From a virus (taxonomy: Duplodnaviria > Caudoviricetes), in the IMG/VR virus record IMGVR_UViG_3300017700_000931, positions 128,001 through 192,000 of that record: a stretch of DNA of 64,000 nucleotides. One strand, 5' to 3'. Below the pieces are notes generated by a model. It did no database searches. It was not told the origin of the DNA and saw only the letters and a list, made by a program, of their open reading frames with translations. Every line of letters starts with the position of its first letter. Position 1 is the first letter of the stretch. Below are positions 36,495 through 48,000 of the stretch, piece after piece. Position numbers and translations under genes: made by a program.

Positions 36495-38333
36495 GTGATA
36501 GATTTGAATGACCTTAAAAGTCGGTCAGCAATAAATCTTCTAAATGAGTACAATGGGAAAAACCCATATTTACGAAAATTGAAGCTTGAATACTTGAATA
36601 ATAAGAATCTTAGATTAACTGAGAATCAAACAAGGTATATTGTAGACTTCCATGATAAAGAACCAGAATTAATCAATAAAGTGGTTAATATTACTCAATT
36701 TTTGGGTGAAGAGTTGAAAAAACAAAATGATTTAACCTTTACCCCAGAAAGGATATTAGTTGAATTTATGTTAGCTGATACTGAAAAAACATTTCATGTT
36801 TATGGTAAATTGAAAAGAAATCAGCCAAAATCAAAATCTTATTGGTTACCAAAAACACAAGTTCTAGATGACCCATATCATGAGGAAATAAATATTGATG
36901 TAGATTTCGATAAATGGACCAGCATTGATAAGCAAAAAAGAAAACCATTTGAACACCAAAAAAGTGGTGTTAAATTCTTACTATCTAAAAATGGTTGCAT
37001 ATTAGCAGATGATATGGGTCTAGGAAAGACTTATACAGCTATTATGGCCGCATTAGAAAGCAATGTGGAACGTATCCTTATAGTTTGTCCATCTGCGGTT
37101 AAAATCAACTGGGAGAGAGAAATTAATGATTTTGACGATAACACAACAATTGTTAATGGAAAAAAATGGAATAGAAGTAAATTCACTATCATAAATTATG
37201 ATATTTTAAAAAACTTCCATACCATTGGTGATGCAAAAACTGATGCTGACGGTCATATTATTGAGTTCAATAGGGAATTAGTTAATTCTAAATTCGATTT
37301 GGTGATTATTGATGAGGCACATTATTTAAAAAATCACAAAAGTATTCGTGGTGAAATCATGGTAGACTTATGTGTGAAACATAATGTCGAAAAGGTTTGG
37401 TTACTAACCGGAACCCCCATTGCTAATAGGCCAATGGATTTTTATAATTTATTAAAATTAATCAAAGCTCCAATTGCTGATAACTGGAAATTCTTTGCAC
37501 AAAGGTATTGTGATGGAAAAAGATTTTACAAAACAGTTAGGGGTAGAAAACGTCAAATATGGCTTACCGATGGTGCATCCAATCTAGAGGAATTATCAAT
37601 TAAAACTAGAAATATTATCCTAAGAAGGAAAAAAGAGGATGTTTTGGATATGCCGGATAAAACCGTCGGAACAATTTATCAAGAATTGGATAAAAAGGGA
37701 TTGAAAAAATATGAAGACCTCTGGGAAGAGTATTTGGAAAAACGTATTGAGGAAAAGAAAAGAGGAACACCGGATAAAGATTTGGTTGAATTAATTCTTT
37801 TAAGAAAATTTATTGCTCTAGAAGCAATACCATACACTATAGAGTTAGCTGAAAACGCTGTTGAGCAAGGTCAAAAGGTGATAATATTCACAAGCTTTAC
37901 TGATGAATTAAATGAATTAGCAAATCATTTTGGTACTAAGTGTGTTGTTCATAATGGACCTATGTCTCAAGTAGCGAAACAAAATAGTGTTGATTCATTT
38001 CAAAATAATCCGAACATACAATATTTTATTGGTAACATTAGGTCTGCTGGGGTTGGTATTACTTTAACTGCTGCAAACTATGTTATATTTAATTCATTTG
38101 ATTGGGTACCCGGAAACAATGAACAAGCTGAAGACCGTGCATACCGTATTGGTCAAAAGAATAATGTTACTGTGAAATACCAATTATTTAAAGATACCAT
38201 CAGTACAAAAATGTGGTGGACTCTAAATAAGAAAAAAGATATCATTTCAACAATCATCGGTGAGAAAGAAATGGATGAAGCTGAAATTGAAAGAAGAATA
38301 ATAGATGAATCAATTAAAATCGATGAAGACTAA
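36495..38333 (+). CDS. SNF2/SWI2-family helicase (annealing-helicase-like)
   Basis: LADDMGLGKT, DEAH, LLTGTP, N..QAEDRAYRIGQ; GTG start. Confidence 0.93.
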   Translation: MIDLNDLKSRSAINLLNEYNGKNPYLRKLKLEYLNNKNLRLTENQTRYIVDFHDKEPELINKVVNITQFLGEELKKQNDLTFTPERILVEFMLADTEKTFHVYGKLKRNQPKSKSYWLPKTQVLDDPYHEEINIDVDFDKWTSIDKQKRKPFEHQKSGVKFLLSKNGCILADDMGLGKTYTAIMAALESNVERILIVCPSAVKINWEREINDFDDNTTIVNGKKWNRSKFTIINYDILKNFHTIGDAKTDADGHIIEFNRELVNSKFDLVIIDEAHYLKNHKSIRGEIMVDLCVKHNVEKVWLLTGTPIANRPMDFYNLLKLIKAPIADNWKFFAQRYCDGKRFYKTVRGRKRQIWLTDGASNLEELSIKTRNIILRRKKEDVLDMPDKTVGTIYQELDKKGLKKYEDLWEEYLEKRIEEKKRGTPDKDLVELILLRKFIALEAIPYTIELAENAVEQGQKVIIFTSFTDELNELANHFGTKCVVHNGPMSQVAKQNSVDSFQNNPNIQYFIGNIRSAGVGITLTAANYVIFNSFDWVPGNNEQAEDRAYRIGQKNNVTVKYQLFKDTISTKMWWTLNKKKDIISTIIGEKEMDEAEIERRIIDESIKIDED

Positions 38334-38589
38334 AGTTTATACAATACCGAAATGTCCATACTGCTCTAAATTGAAGACCTTATTGGATGAAATGAACATA
38401 GAATATGAAACAATTGATGTTTCATTAGATGAACATGAAGAAGAATTTAAAAAATTGATGGAGATATCAGGAAGTGATTCTGTCCCAATGATTACTGTTG
38501 GAGTTAATCTATTAGCCCCAGATGTGAATTTTTCATCAATAGACCAAGCAGCTAAATTAATTAAGTACATTCTAGAAAACGAATCTTAA
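38323..38589 (+). CDS. grx: Glutaredoxin (likely start 38323)
   Basis: CPYC active site, SVPMI cis-Pro motif. Confidence 0.9.
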   Translation: MKTKVYTIPKCPYCSKLKTLLDEMNIEYETIDVSLDEHEEEFKKLMEISGSDSVPMITVGVNLLAPDVNFSSIDQAAKLIKYILENES

Positions 38590-38882
38590 ACAGCGTCTTC
38601 GTATCCGGTTGAATAATCATTCATTAGACTTTGCAGATGAGAAATGATTGTTGGTTCAGTTACCTCAAATGAACTACTAGTGTCACTTGGTCTACCTAAC
38701 ATTTCTTTAATGGCCTCTAATCGTTGTCTAATCTCAGGATTATCACAATATTGTATTGCCATTTCCATTTCTCGATAAGCATCAAATAAGTGATTGGCGG
38801 CTTTATTAATAATACCGTATGTCACTGTTTGCCTCTTATGAAGTTCAAGTTTTTCTTTTATCAATCTCTTAGTTTCCATCAT
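38586..38882 (-). CDS. Hypothetical protein (98 aa)
   Basis: Full ORF; helical; N-terminus METKRLIKE. Confidence 0.7.
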   Translation of the reverse strand: MMETKRLIKEKLELHKRQTVTYGIINKAANHLFDAYREMEMAIQYCDNPEIRQRLEAIKEMLGRPSDTSSSFEVTEPTIISHLQSLMNDYSTGYEDAV

Positions 38883-38913
38883 TAATAAATATTTATAAAA
38901 AAAGGAAAGAACT

Positions 38914-40059
38914 ATGGGCGTAAATACTGAAGATAAAGATAAAATATTCAGACAGTTTAGACATTCAATGGGGTCACCCCACAGAATGGTTGAATTAGAT
39001 GATGACCAATTAAGTACGTTTCTTGAAATTGCAATTGAAGATTATGCTCAATATGTTCAAGAATGGTTGATTGAACATCAATGGCAATCATTATTAGGTC
39101 AAAATATTGATACAATTGATATGGCATTCGCAATGAGTGTTAGAAATTTCGATTTCATGACCCAATATACTTATGCTTATTCCAAACAAGTTGGATTACA
39201 AGCTAGGGGTCCTTGGGAACTTAAAAAAGATTACATTGATATTGAACTTGGTCGTCAGGTTTATCAAATTCCAGCTGGAAGAGAAGTGAATGAAGTTTTA
39301 TGGTTGACACCAGGTTCGGTAGACCATGCATTATATGCACATTACGGTGGTTTTGATGCTGGTTTTGGTGGTGGATATGCACAAATTGGTAGTGGTACAG
39401 GAATGGGAGCTCAAGGTGGTATGGGCGGAATGGGTGGTTATTACATTGCACCTGCATTCGATATTTTATTAACTGCTGCTGACATGAATTTAAAAAATAG
39501 AATGTTAAGAAGTGATTTAGTATATAAATTAACTGCCGGACCAGATGGAACTAGATTATTACATTTATTGAGTACTCCGGGTTCTAAATTAACATTTGGT
39601 AATGGTGGAGCCCATGGTGGTAGTGCAGTCGGTTTACAAGGCTGTAAAGTTTGGTATTTTTATTATGATACTAGTGGGAACACAAATGAATGTAGATTAG
39701 ATAACCCTGATATTATCAAATTGCCTAACGAAGTTCCATTATCTAAATTAGATTTTTCTGAATTTAATGAACCAACAAAAACATTAGTTAGACAATTATT
39801 TATGGCAAACGCTAAAATTGCGTTAGGTAGGACCAGAGGTAAATTTGGTGGTGTTGTTGGGCCACCAGAAGCTGAGAGAACAATGGATTATGAATCATTG
39901 TTGTCTGAAGGTAATGACGAAAAGAAAGCAGTGTTGGAAAGACTAGATGAGCGATTAGCTAGGTTAAGTACTGAGAAACAAATAGAAAGAGCTGCTAAAG
40001 AATCTGAAGATTTAAATAGACACTTAAAATTTAGACCATTAGGTTTTTATTTCAAATAA
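38914..40059 (+). CDS. Neck / head-tail adaptor protein (T4 gp13-like)
   Basis: MGSPHRMVELDDDQL..LEIA, GRQVYQIP, LGRTRGKFGG...MDYESLLSEG. Confidence 0.8.
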   Translation: MGVNTEDKDKIFRQFRHSMGSPHRMVELDDDQLSTFLEIAIEDYAQYVQEWLIEHQWQSLLGQNIDTIDMAFAMSVRNFDFMTQYTYAYSKQVGLQARGPWELKKDYIDIELGRQVYQIPAGREVNEVLWLTPGSVDHALYAHYGGFDAGFGGGYAQIGSGTGMGAQGGMGGMGGYYIAPAFDILLTAADMNLKNRMLRSDLVYKLTAGPDGTRLLHLLSTPGSKLTFGNGGAHGGSAVGLQGCKVWYFYYDTSGNTNECRLDNPDIIKLPNEVPLSKLDFSEFNEPTKTLVRQLFMANAKIALGRTRGKFGGVVGPPEAERTMDYESLLSEGNDEKKAVLERLDERLARLSTEKQIERAAKESEDLNRHLKFRPLGFYFK

Positions 40060-40089
40060 AAAAGGAGGCAAATATTTGCCTCCTTTTTT
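40058..40089. terminator. Bidirectional terminator between convergent gp13-like and polB genes
   Basis: AAAAAGGAGGCAAA-TA-TTTGCCTCCTTTTT. Confidence 0.85.
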
Positions 40090-40090
40090 G

Positions 40091-43000
40091 TTAGAAATTC
40101 CATTCATCATCTTCATCAGTATCATCCGATGTTTTATTTTTCTCCTCTAATTCTTCCTTTTCAATTGCATCAACAACATCACGATTAGCACCACTCTTCA
40201 TAGCAATTGACGCTCTGCTTTCTGTTGCCTCAGCATTTTCTAATTGAAGCTCTAATACCTTCTCCGGTTCATTTGGGACATTAATTTTCTGTGACTCAAT
40301 ATAAGCATTCATCTTATCTTTATCACCACCGAATTGATTTGAACATGGACACACACCATCCCATTCTGGAGAACAACATAATTTTTCAGTACATGTTGGA
40401 TTGAATCTTTCTTCTTTAGTATCAATATCTGATGCATTTAATGTTTCCCAAACATCATATTTGGTAACACCTCTTTTTAATTTAACAAATGCTTCAGGAT
40501 GTGCAGCATAATATTCTGCCCTAAGTTTAGCATTCTCCTCATATTTGAATAAATCACCAAGATTACAAAGATAGATATCCCACTTAATTGAAATGAAAGA
40601 AGGACCGTGTTCTGAGTGATTACCAACTTCAGCAATAGCTAAAACATTTTTAGGTAAAATACCAACATTTTTTAATTCTTCTAATTCTTCAATTTCTAAT
40701 CGTTTAAATATATCATCCAGACGATTTTTTTCCTCCTTAATACCATCAATTCTAGCTTGTCGCATTCTCTCTTTCCAATCTAGCTCAATGGATATCCATT
40801 TTTCTTCAGACATATCATTGGGAACTAAACCAACACTTGACCAAAATTTGATTTCTTTATCGTCCATTATCATAAGGTCTTCATATGAGTCTTGGTCACT
40901 TTCTTCAAATGGAGTTCCAGAATGCATTACACATTGTTTGTGTGTATACTGACTTCGTGGTTGTAATGTCCATTCTAAATCAGCAGCTTTAACACCTTTA
41001 ATTTTTATTTTTTCAACACTAATAAGAATTTTATCTCTGATTTCTGGTGAGAAACAAACCAGTAATGAATGTATTCTTGTGTTGAAAGCCTCCAAATATT
41101 TTGGTACATTGTATTCGTCAGTTGTTAAATCTGGATTTTTTTCAATCTGGTCAGCAGGTATTAATTTACAATTCAAATCGATTACTTTTTTACCAGTTTC
41201 TTTATTTGTGTTTGTCTTAATATCACCGTGTGATTTAACATTTCCAGTGTTCACATAATAAATTACATCACCAATATCAACATGCAAATTATGTTTAATA
41301 GCTAATTCCATGTGTGCTTGTCTAGCCTTGCTAGCTCCGGCTTTATTCTTAGCTTTAAGATAAATGTTATTATAGTCAACAATACTTTGTTTCACTTTTT
41401 TCTTAGTAGCAATTTTTACCAAAGGTATTCTACAATTATAAATGTCTTCAACATATTTGTAGTAAAGTTCAATGAAATCATAACCATTACCTTCAAGCAA
41501 CATTTTTATGCCCTTATCAATGAATTCTTCGATATAAATTGGCATCGCTTTAGACTTAATTGAGTTACCAACTAATTTCACTTTACCATTAATCATATTG
41601 GCATAATTTTTACGTCGGAAATTGATTGTAGCTTCACATACGGCATCAATATCTAACCCCATTCTACCAATTAGGTACTCTTCATTAAATTCAGCTAACA
41701 CCGCTTTAAGGCCAGTCAATTCTTCACCCGCTTCAAATCGTTCAGTTTTCCAATGGTTAGCCTTACAAATATATTTTATTTCATCAATATTATCTGGAAT
41801 TGAAAAGTTAAAACCATCGGTATCACCAACTAAAGGTTGGAATCCGTGCTTTTCTGTAAAATGCTTAACCATTAATCGTAGATATTGTCTACCACGACAA
41901 GTAATTTCTTCAGCTGAATTGGTATCACCCCAGTTAAATAAATAAGGGGCACCAAATGAACCAAAGAAAGAGTTGGCAAGAATCTTAAGTGGTAATTGTT
42001 TCTTATCGTAATCTGAAGCAAGTCGTTTATGTTTATCAATAGTCGCTTCTAATTTTGAAACTTCTTCACCTGATAAATTACTTCTAGATTCTTCAAGTTC
42101 CTTGGTTAATTTCTTTACCAAATCCTCTTCATCACCAGTTAAAAATTTAAATTTATCACGAGTATCAACAACATAAGTTAATAAACCTTCCATTACACCA
42201 GAAATATCTAATTTAGGAAAAATACCATGTGTAATTTGTGTTTTAGGATAAAGTGCGGCGTAATCGAATTTAACAACATTCTTGGCCCAACCTACCCTAA
42301 GTAATCTAGCAAGACCACCAGTAAATTCTCTTTTCGGTTCAAAATCAGGAATCGCTAATTTATTTTCATATGACCAAGCCATCATAATTAATTTCCACGT
42401 ACCAGCAGTACCCATCGTAGAACTTCTCATGTATGAGGTTGGGATTAACTTAGATAATAAAAAGGATGCTTGATTATAAATCGCATCTACTTGTTCGGTT
42501 TCCCATAAATCGTCTAATAAATAGCGTTGTACGATATAATCACCTTTAACTTGGGTATAATCACCCGAATTCACTTTTTCAATATGTTGTTCATTTTCTG
42601 AATCTAATTCAAACCAATCACCATCTGAATCATTTAGGTAAAAAATACCTTCACTAGCCCATGTTGTGTGTAATTTATCACCATCAACATAAACACGATT
42701 TTTCTTTGCTACTTTTGAAAATTTAGTAATATATTTCAAACCAGCTTTTTTGATATCTGAATTGATTGCTTGAGCTTTACGAACAGCATGAATAATATCT
42801 AGAATATTATAACCCCACATGAAGGTTTGTTCGAAGTGTTCTGTTTCTTGACCTAATTTTAAGGTTGAGCCTTTTCTAAAAATACTAATTTTTGAATTTA
42901 ATGTTTTAGCCAGTGATTCGATATTCAAGTATAAAACCTCACATCTCTTATAGAAATAATCCCAGTCAAAGTTTTCAGAGTTATACCCAGTAATTGTATC

Positions 43001-43693
43001 CGGTTTTAAATCATCAATTATTTGAAAAAATTCTTTAATTGCTTCACGTTCTGAATCTCTTTTTTCTTGTTCAGTATTACCTCTAACCTCAATAACCCTC
43101 TCAAAACCTCTATTATCTTTGACCCCAATTTGGAAGATTGGATGCCTACGTGCATCCAATCCTAGGGTTTCAATATCGAACTGTAATCTATGGATATCAT
43201 TGTAATCATTCATACCCTTAAACAATCTTTTACCCGTTTGAATAAAGAATTGTTCTTCTGGTCTTAAAGCCATGAATAATCGCTCTTGGTCACCACCGTA
43301 TATATTTACACCACCATATTTGAAGAAGTTGATTAAATCATTTGGTGTCCCATCACACGTTGCAATGTATTTAAAACCCCTTGACATTCTTTGAGGTTCT
43401 TCATTATTTGCATTTGCAGTACTTAATGATTTAATTGTAATATTATGCTTAGCCATAGCTTTTCTTCTATCGGCTTTATTACCATTATACAATCTACTAG
43501 CAACCTCTTCTTTCAACCAAATAAATGGTTTGTATTTGTGTTTTTCGATGTATTTACCTTGTTCTGGGTCATTAATAATAAGTGAAACCTTATTATCATC
43601 ATAGGGAGCCTCGATTGCAACAATATACTTTTGTGGGTCGTGTCCTTCGAGGAATCGTTCGATTACTGAATCGTTAACTCTTTCTTGTGGCAT
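40091..43693 (-). CDS. polB: Family B DNA polymerase with 3'-5' exonuclease
   Basis: ExoI FDIET, ExoII GYNSENFD, motif A DYAALYP, motif B KILANSFFG, motif C GDTDG. Confidence 0.93.
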   Translation of the reverse strand: MPQERVNDSVIERFLEGHDPQKYIVAIEAPYDDNKVSLIINDPEQGKYIEKHKYKPFIWLKEEVASRLYNGNKADRRKAMAKHNITIKSLSTANANNEEPQRMSRGFKYIATCDGTPNDLINFFKYGGVNIYGGDQERLFMALRPEEQFFIQTGKRLFKGMNDYNDIHRLQFDIETLGLDARRHPIFQIGVKDNRGFERVIEVRGNTEQEKRDSEREAIKEFFQIIDDLKPDTITGYNSENFDWDYFYKRCEVLYLNIESLAKTLNSKISIFRKGSTLKLGQETEHFEQTFMWGYNILDIIHAVRKAQAINSDIKKAGLKYITKFSKVAKKNRVYVDGDKLHTTWASEGIFYLNDSDGDWFELDSENEQHIEKVNSGDYTQVKGDYIVQRYLLDDLWETEQVDAIYNQASFLLSKLIPTSYMRSSTMGTAGTWKLIMMAWSYENKLAIPDFEPKREFTGGLARLLRVGWAKNVVKFDYAALYPKTQITHGIFPKLDISGVMEGLLTYVVDTRDKFKFLTGDEEDLVKKLTKELEESRSNLSGEEVSKLEATIDKHKRLASDYDKKQLPLKILANSFFGSFGAPYLFNWGDTNSAEEITCRGRQYLRLMVKHFTEKHGFQPLVGDTDGFNFSIPDNIDEIKYICKANHWKTERFEAGEELTGLKAVLAEFNEEYLIGRMGLDIDAVCEATINFRRKNYANMINGKVKLVGNSIKSKAMPIYIEEFIDKGIKMLLEGNGYDFIELYYKYVEDIYNCRIPLVKIATKKKVKQSIVDYNNIYLKAKNKAGASKARQAHMELAIKHNLHVDIGDVIYYVNTGNVKSHGDIKTNTNKETGKKVIDLNCKLIPADQIEKNPDLTTDEYNVPKYLEAFNTRIHSLLVCFSPEIRDKILISVEKIKIKGVKAADLEWTLQPRSQYTHKQCVMHSGTPFEESDQDSYEDLMIMDDKEIKFWSSVGLVPNDMSEEKWISIELDWKERMRQARIDGIKEEKNRLDDIFKRLEIEELEELKNVGILPKNVLAIAEVGNHSEHGPSFISIKWDIYLCNLGDLFKYEENAKLRAEYYAAHPEAFVKLKRGVTKYDVWETLNASDIDTKEERFNPTCTEKLCCSPEWDGVCPCSNQFGGDKDKMNAYIESQKINVPNEPEKVLELQLENAEATESRASIAMKSGANRDVVDAIEKEELEEKNKTSDDTDEDDEWNF

Positions 43694-43772
43694 AAATTAT
43701 TTTTTGATAAGCCTATTCATTAAAGCTTAAGCAAAAAAACAATAAAAAAATCTAATCCACAAGACTTTATAA

Positions 43773-44147
43773 TTATTTTTTTATCGAACCGTCCAAAACA
43801 TGAACGAATAATTCTTCCCTAATTGGTACTATAAGTGTACCAGAACCATCCAAGAATTCGATAATAAATTGTGCTGCATAGGTACCAGCGGTTTTTGTCT
43901 CTTTTTGTGTGAATTGGTAACCTAAGTAATATTCTTCAACCTCTAAATCACTTGCTGGTTCTTTGAATATACATAATGCTGGCTTTTTACCAACCTTCTT
44001 GATTCCGGTTACCACATCAGCCATAGAGAAATATATGTTTGAATTTTGAATTAATTCATGAAAATGTTTATAATCATTACGACCATCCTTGATTAATTCA
44101 AGTTTTAGTATTGGAAGTGTTGAGTTTTGATTAATAAAGAAGTCCAT
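43773..44147 (-). CDS. Small Ig-like virion protein (BppU-N-like)
   Basis: STLPILKLEL...YQFTQKETKTAGTYAAQFIIEF..GTLIVP. Confidence 0.5.
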   Translation of the reverse strand: MDFFINQNSTLPILKLELIKDGRNDYKHFHELIQNSNIYFSMADVVTGIKKVGKKPALCIFKEPASDLEVEEYYLGYQFTQKETKTAGTYAAQFIIEFLDGSGTLIVPIREELFVHVLDGSIKK

Positions 44148-44167
44148 AGTCTTTTTTATAATAAATA

Positions 44168-44989
44168 TCAGACCCTAACCAAATCGTTGACCCAAGTGAA
44201 CCTATGATTGATTTTTTCTATAATATGTTTTGGTAATTTTACATCATGTTTTACATACTTAAGTGAACCCTCAACAATAGTGTGTGGAAATTTAAAATTA
44301 TAAACACTATCCAACTCTACCGTTGTTTGTTTTAAATCAGTAAAATTATTTGCATCATATTGAAATCTTTCTTCACCAATAAAATCATGAATTTTATTAA
44401 GTGTTTCTTGAGGTTTATATGTTAAATCAGAGTAATTTATAATTAAAATTCTATTAGCATAACCCATTTCGAATGCATCGTTTAATAACCATACTGGTCT
44501 GGCAACAATACCAGAATCATTTATAAAATTATCGACTCTAGCACTTAGGGTTGATAAATCAACTCCAGATATTTCATCTAAATTTTCTAATAAAATAGTT
44601 TTTTGGTGATGTTTTTCGATACTACTAACGATATCAACTGGGTCCCTGTAGGTCCAAATCACCTTAGTATCATTATGTCCTAATATTGCATCCAACAATG
44701 GTAAATTATTGGACCAACCCCGACATTTATCAAAAACAACATCCTTATCGTGATAGAATCCATCAATAAAACCCTTAAGACCACATCGCATATTTTCATA
44801 TTGATTTAGTCTATCATTTGATTTGAATGTTGGATTGTGTGAAAAGGTTGTTCGCATGTTACCTAAAACATCTATAACCGGAGATGTTGCCGTTGCATGA
44901 AATCTAGGATTCATGTTAAGTAAATTACACAAAAGCGTTGAACCACTACGTGGCATTCCAGAGATTAAATTTAATTTGTTCATGAACAA
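44168..44989 (-). CDS. PAPS-dependent sulfotransferase
   Basis: 5'-PSB loop SGMPRSGSTLL, 3'-PB YRDPVDIVSS. Confidence 0.9.
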   Translation of the reverse strand: MFMNKLNLISGMPRSGSTLLCNLLNMNPRFHATATSPVIDVLGNMRTTFSHNPTFKSNDRLNQYENMRCGLKGFIDGFYHDKDVVFDKCRGWSNNLPLLDAILGHNDTKVIWTYRDPVDIVSSIEKHHQKTILLENLDEISGVDLSTLSARVDNFINDSGIVARPVWLLNDAFEMGYANRILIINYSDLTYKPQETLNKIHDFIGEERFQYDANNFTDLKQTTVELDSVYNFKFPHTIVEGSLKYVKHDVKLPKHIIEKINHRFTWVNDLVRV

Positions 44990-45027
44990 TTATATGAATA
45001 AATTAAAAAATGGAAATATCTTAATAA

Positions 45028-48000
45028 TTAAAATGCGTAGCTCCAAGCAATCCTACCCCAACCAGTATTTGTTTTTTGATACCAATAATCATCATCCCAA
45101 GCAACAGAACCAATATTACCAGCAGTATCGCCGGAACCAGTAGGTGTATATGATTGTTCAAGTCTAAATTGAGTACTTCCAGTAACACCATTAACATGTA
45201 ACATATCAGTTGGGGTAAGGGTACCAAAACCACTATCTCCACCATCCGTTATAATAGCATAATTTTCATTATTACTTACGTTAGTTGCCTTGAAATAACC
45301 AGATACATTAGTTACACCGGACCCAACCGCTGAAGCGTCTGAATAAATACCATATACAGTTTCAGCACTTACGGTAGAGACGTAACTAACCTCAAAACGC
45401 ATACCGTAAGAATTAGCATTTTCTATATTAGTACTTTGAGAAATATTAGCATATATAGCTCTACGGTCATCAGCTAAGGTAGCACCAACATTACCCCAAA
45501 CACCAGCAACAAAATCACTAGGAGTTACCGCATCACCACCATTAGCACTACCGTACACACCCACTGAATAAGTAGACCCGTTCCTAGCAGAAAAATATCC
45601 ACCATAATTTTGGGAGTACCCATTAATTCCAGAATTTCCATAAAAAGACCTACCAATTCCAGTTCCACCACCAGTAACATCAGACCAAATACCGTTATAG
45701 TTAGAACTACTAGTACCACCTTGTGCCAATATTGCATATCCATTATTAGCTAAGTTGGTACTTGATATATTTATAGCACCATCTAATCCACTACCAGCAG
45801 TGATATATATTCTATCACCTGAATTTGGTGCCACATTCACCCCAATACGGCCATTATCTTTAATTGTTAATAAATTATCTACAGTCGCACCCTCAACTTT
45901 GAATGCTATACCAGTAAAAGTATCACCAGTTGCCTTAGCATGAACTAATGCGGTAGGTGCAGTAATATTAAATCCAGATTTACCTGCATAGTGATTTATA
46001 GTATCAGCACCTTGTTGGTAAAATCCATAATCATTAGCACCAAGTGTGTTAGCTTGTAAAAGAACACCATATGTGTTTGTAACCGTTGGGGATGTAACGT
46101 TAACGGGGGTTCTAACCAGAACCCCAATCATATTTGAAATAGTTCCAGATAAATTTTCTTGGTATGAAACATCCAACCCACCTAGTAAACTAATGTTACC
46201 AGCTTGATACTGTACTCTTGCTGAATAAGCGAAAGCATTGGTGATATTAGCATTACCAATATTATAAATTTGTGATTCTGTACCATACATATAATTAATA
46301 CTACCAGTTCCATCATTCCTTGTTTGGTAATAAGAGCTATGTAAATAACCCAAATTAAATGCACTTGATTTATATATACGAGATACAAATGTATTTGCGG
46401 TGTTACTATTATTAGAAGTATTATTATATGTTTGGTCGAATACAACTGTGTTTGTATAATCTGCACTAGTTGTGACATCAACACGTAATCTAGCTGCATT
46501 TGCGAAACCACCAGCAAGTGTGTTTATACCGATACACAAACCACCATCATCAGTTATTCTAGCTAACTCTGTTGGAGTACCATTTTGCCATATTTGAGCA
46601 CTTGTATTCGTTGTTGTACCCGTACTTCTCACATGTAATGTTGCATCCGGTATTGTTAGATTTGTGGGTAAACCAATACCAACACGTCTATTATCACCAT
46701 TAATCAACATGGCTAAGGTACCACTAGTGTTGAAGTTATTATCCCAACCAGTCGAAAACGTCATAGTACCAGTTGATTCAATAAGTGATATATCATTAGC
46801 ACTGGTTGCTCTCATACTAATACCACTTCCATTCCTATCAGCATGGAAACCAGTATATGTTGCTGAATTACTAAATTGTACTAATCTATTGCCTATATGA
46901 TTTAAATAATTAGATGATGTACCAAAAACTGATTCAGCCCCATTTTTGGTGAATTCAGTATATCCATCATCTCTAACACTAATTAATTCAGTTGTTTGAT
47001 TTCTTACTTTAAATGTATGATTACCACTACCTGTTGTGGAACCATTAATCGTAACTGGCGAACAACCGTAAATATCTGTAACATATAAATCACTAATACA
47101 TGATGCTGATGTATTTCCAGTAAATGTAAATGAACTTGCTGCTTTATATTTAACTGTACCATCTGCTGCCCTAACTAATACTTGGGTTAAAGCATTATCA
47201 TTATCCGGCACATTATTTAAATTTAATGTAGGAACATAAACAGTATTATTTGAAGTACCACTAATATTATTACCACCTATTACAACTGCATTACCACTAG
47301 CATAATTGTTTAAACCACCTATGATTGCAGAATAGTAACCGTTATTAATTGTGTGATTTCTACCACCAATAATTGCTGAATAATAACCACCACCTTGGAT
47401 TGAACTATGCTTACCACCAAGTATTACTGATTGTAATGTTGAAATGGAATTATAACCACCACCACCAATAAATGAATGTGCCGCATAAGCACCACCACTA
47501 ATTATGTTTTTATATCCACCAACGATTGCTGAATTTTGTGTGGTAGCTGAATTTCCATAAGTACCACTATAACCAGCATAGAATCCACCACCACCAATGA
47601 ATGAACCAATACCACTAGCTAAATTTCTAGTACCACCAGCAATCGATGAATAATTTCCAGAAGTGGTATTCCCCAATCCACCACCAATTGCTGAATAATT
47701 TCCAGTCACTGAATTTTGTGTACCCCCAACAATTATGCTACCATAACCATTGATTGTGTTATAGAATCCACCACCAATAAAACTTTTGCTCCCACCATTC
47801 AATATTGTATTATTATTACCACCAACGATTGAAGATACATAACCATTATTTAGGTTATATAAACCACCAACAATTACGTTATAAGTATTACCACTAATGG
47901 TGTTATGGGCACCACCACCAATGAATGCCCTATAACCAGCTAATATTCTATTATCTATACCACCAACGATTGCGGATTCATTATTTGTTACTAAATTAAG

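Noticed and set aside
40091-43693. Intein or intron in the long polB
   Set aside because: Motifs are in normal order, no C/S...HN splice junction or LAGLIDADG motif was seen, and the extra length is C-terminal
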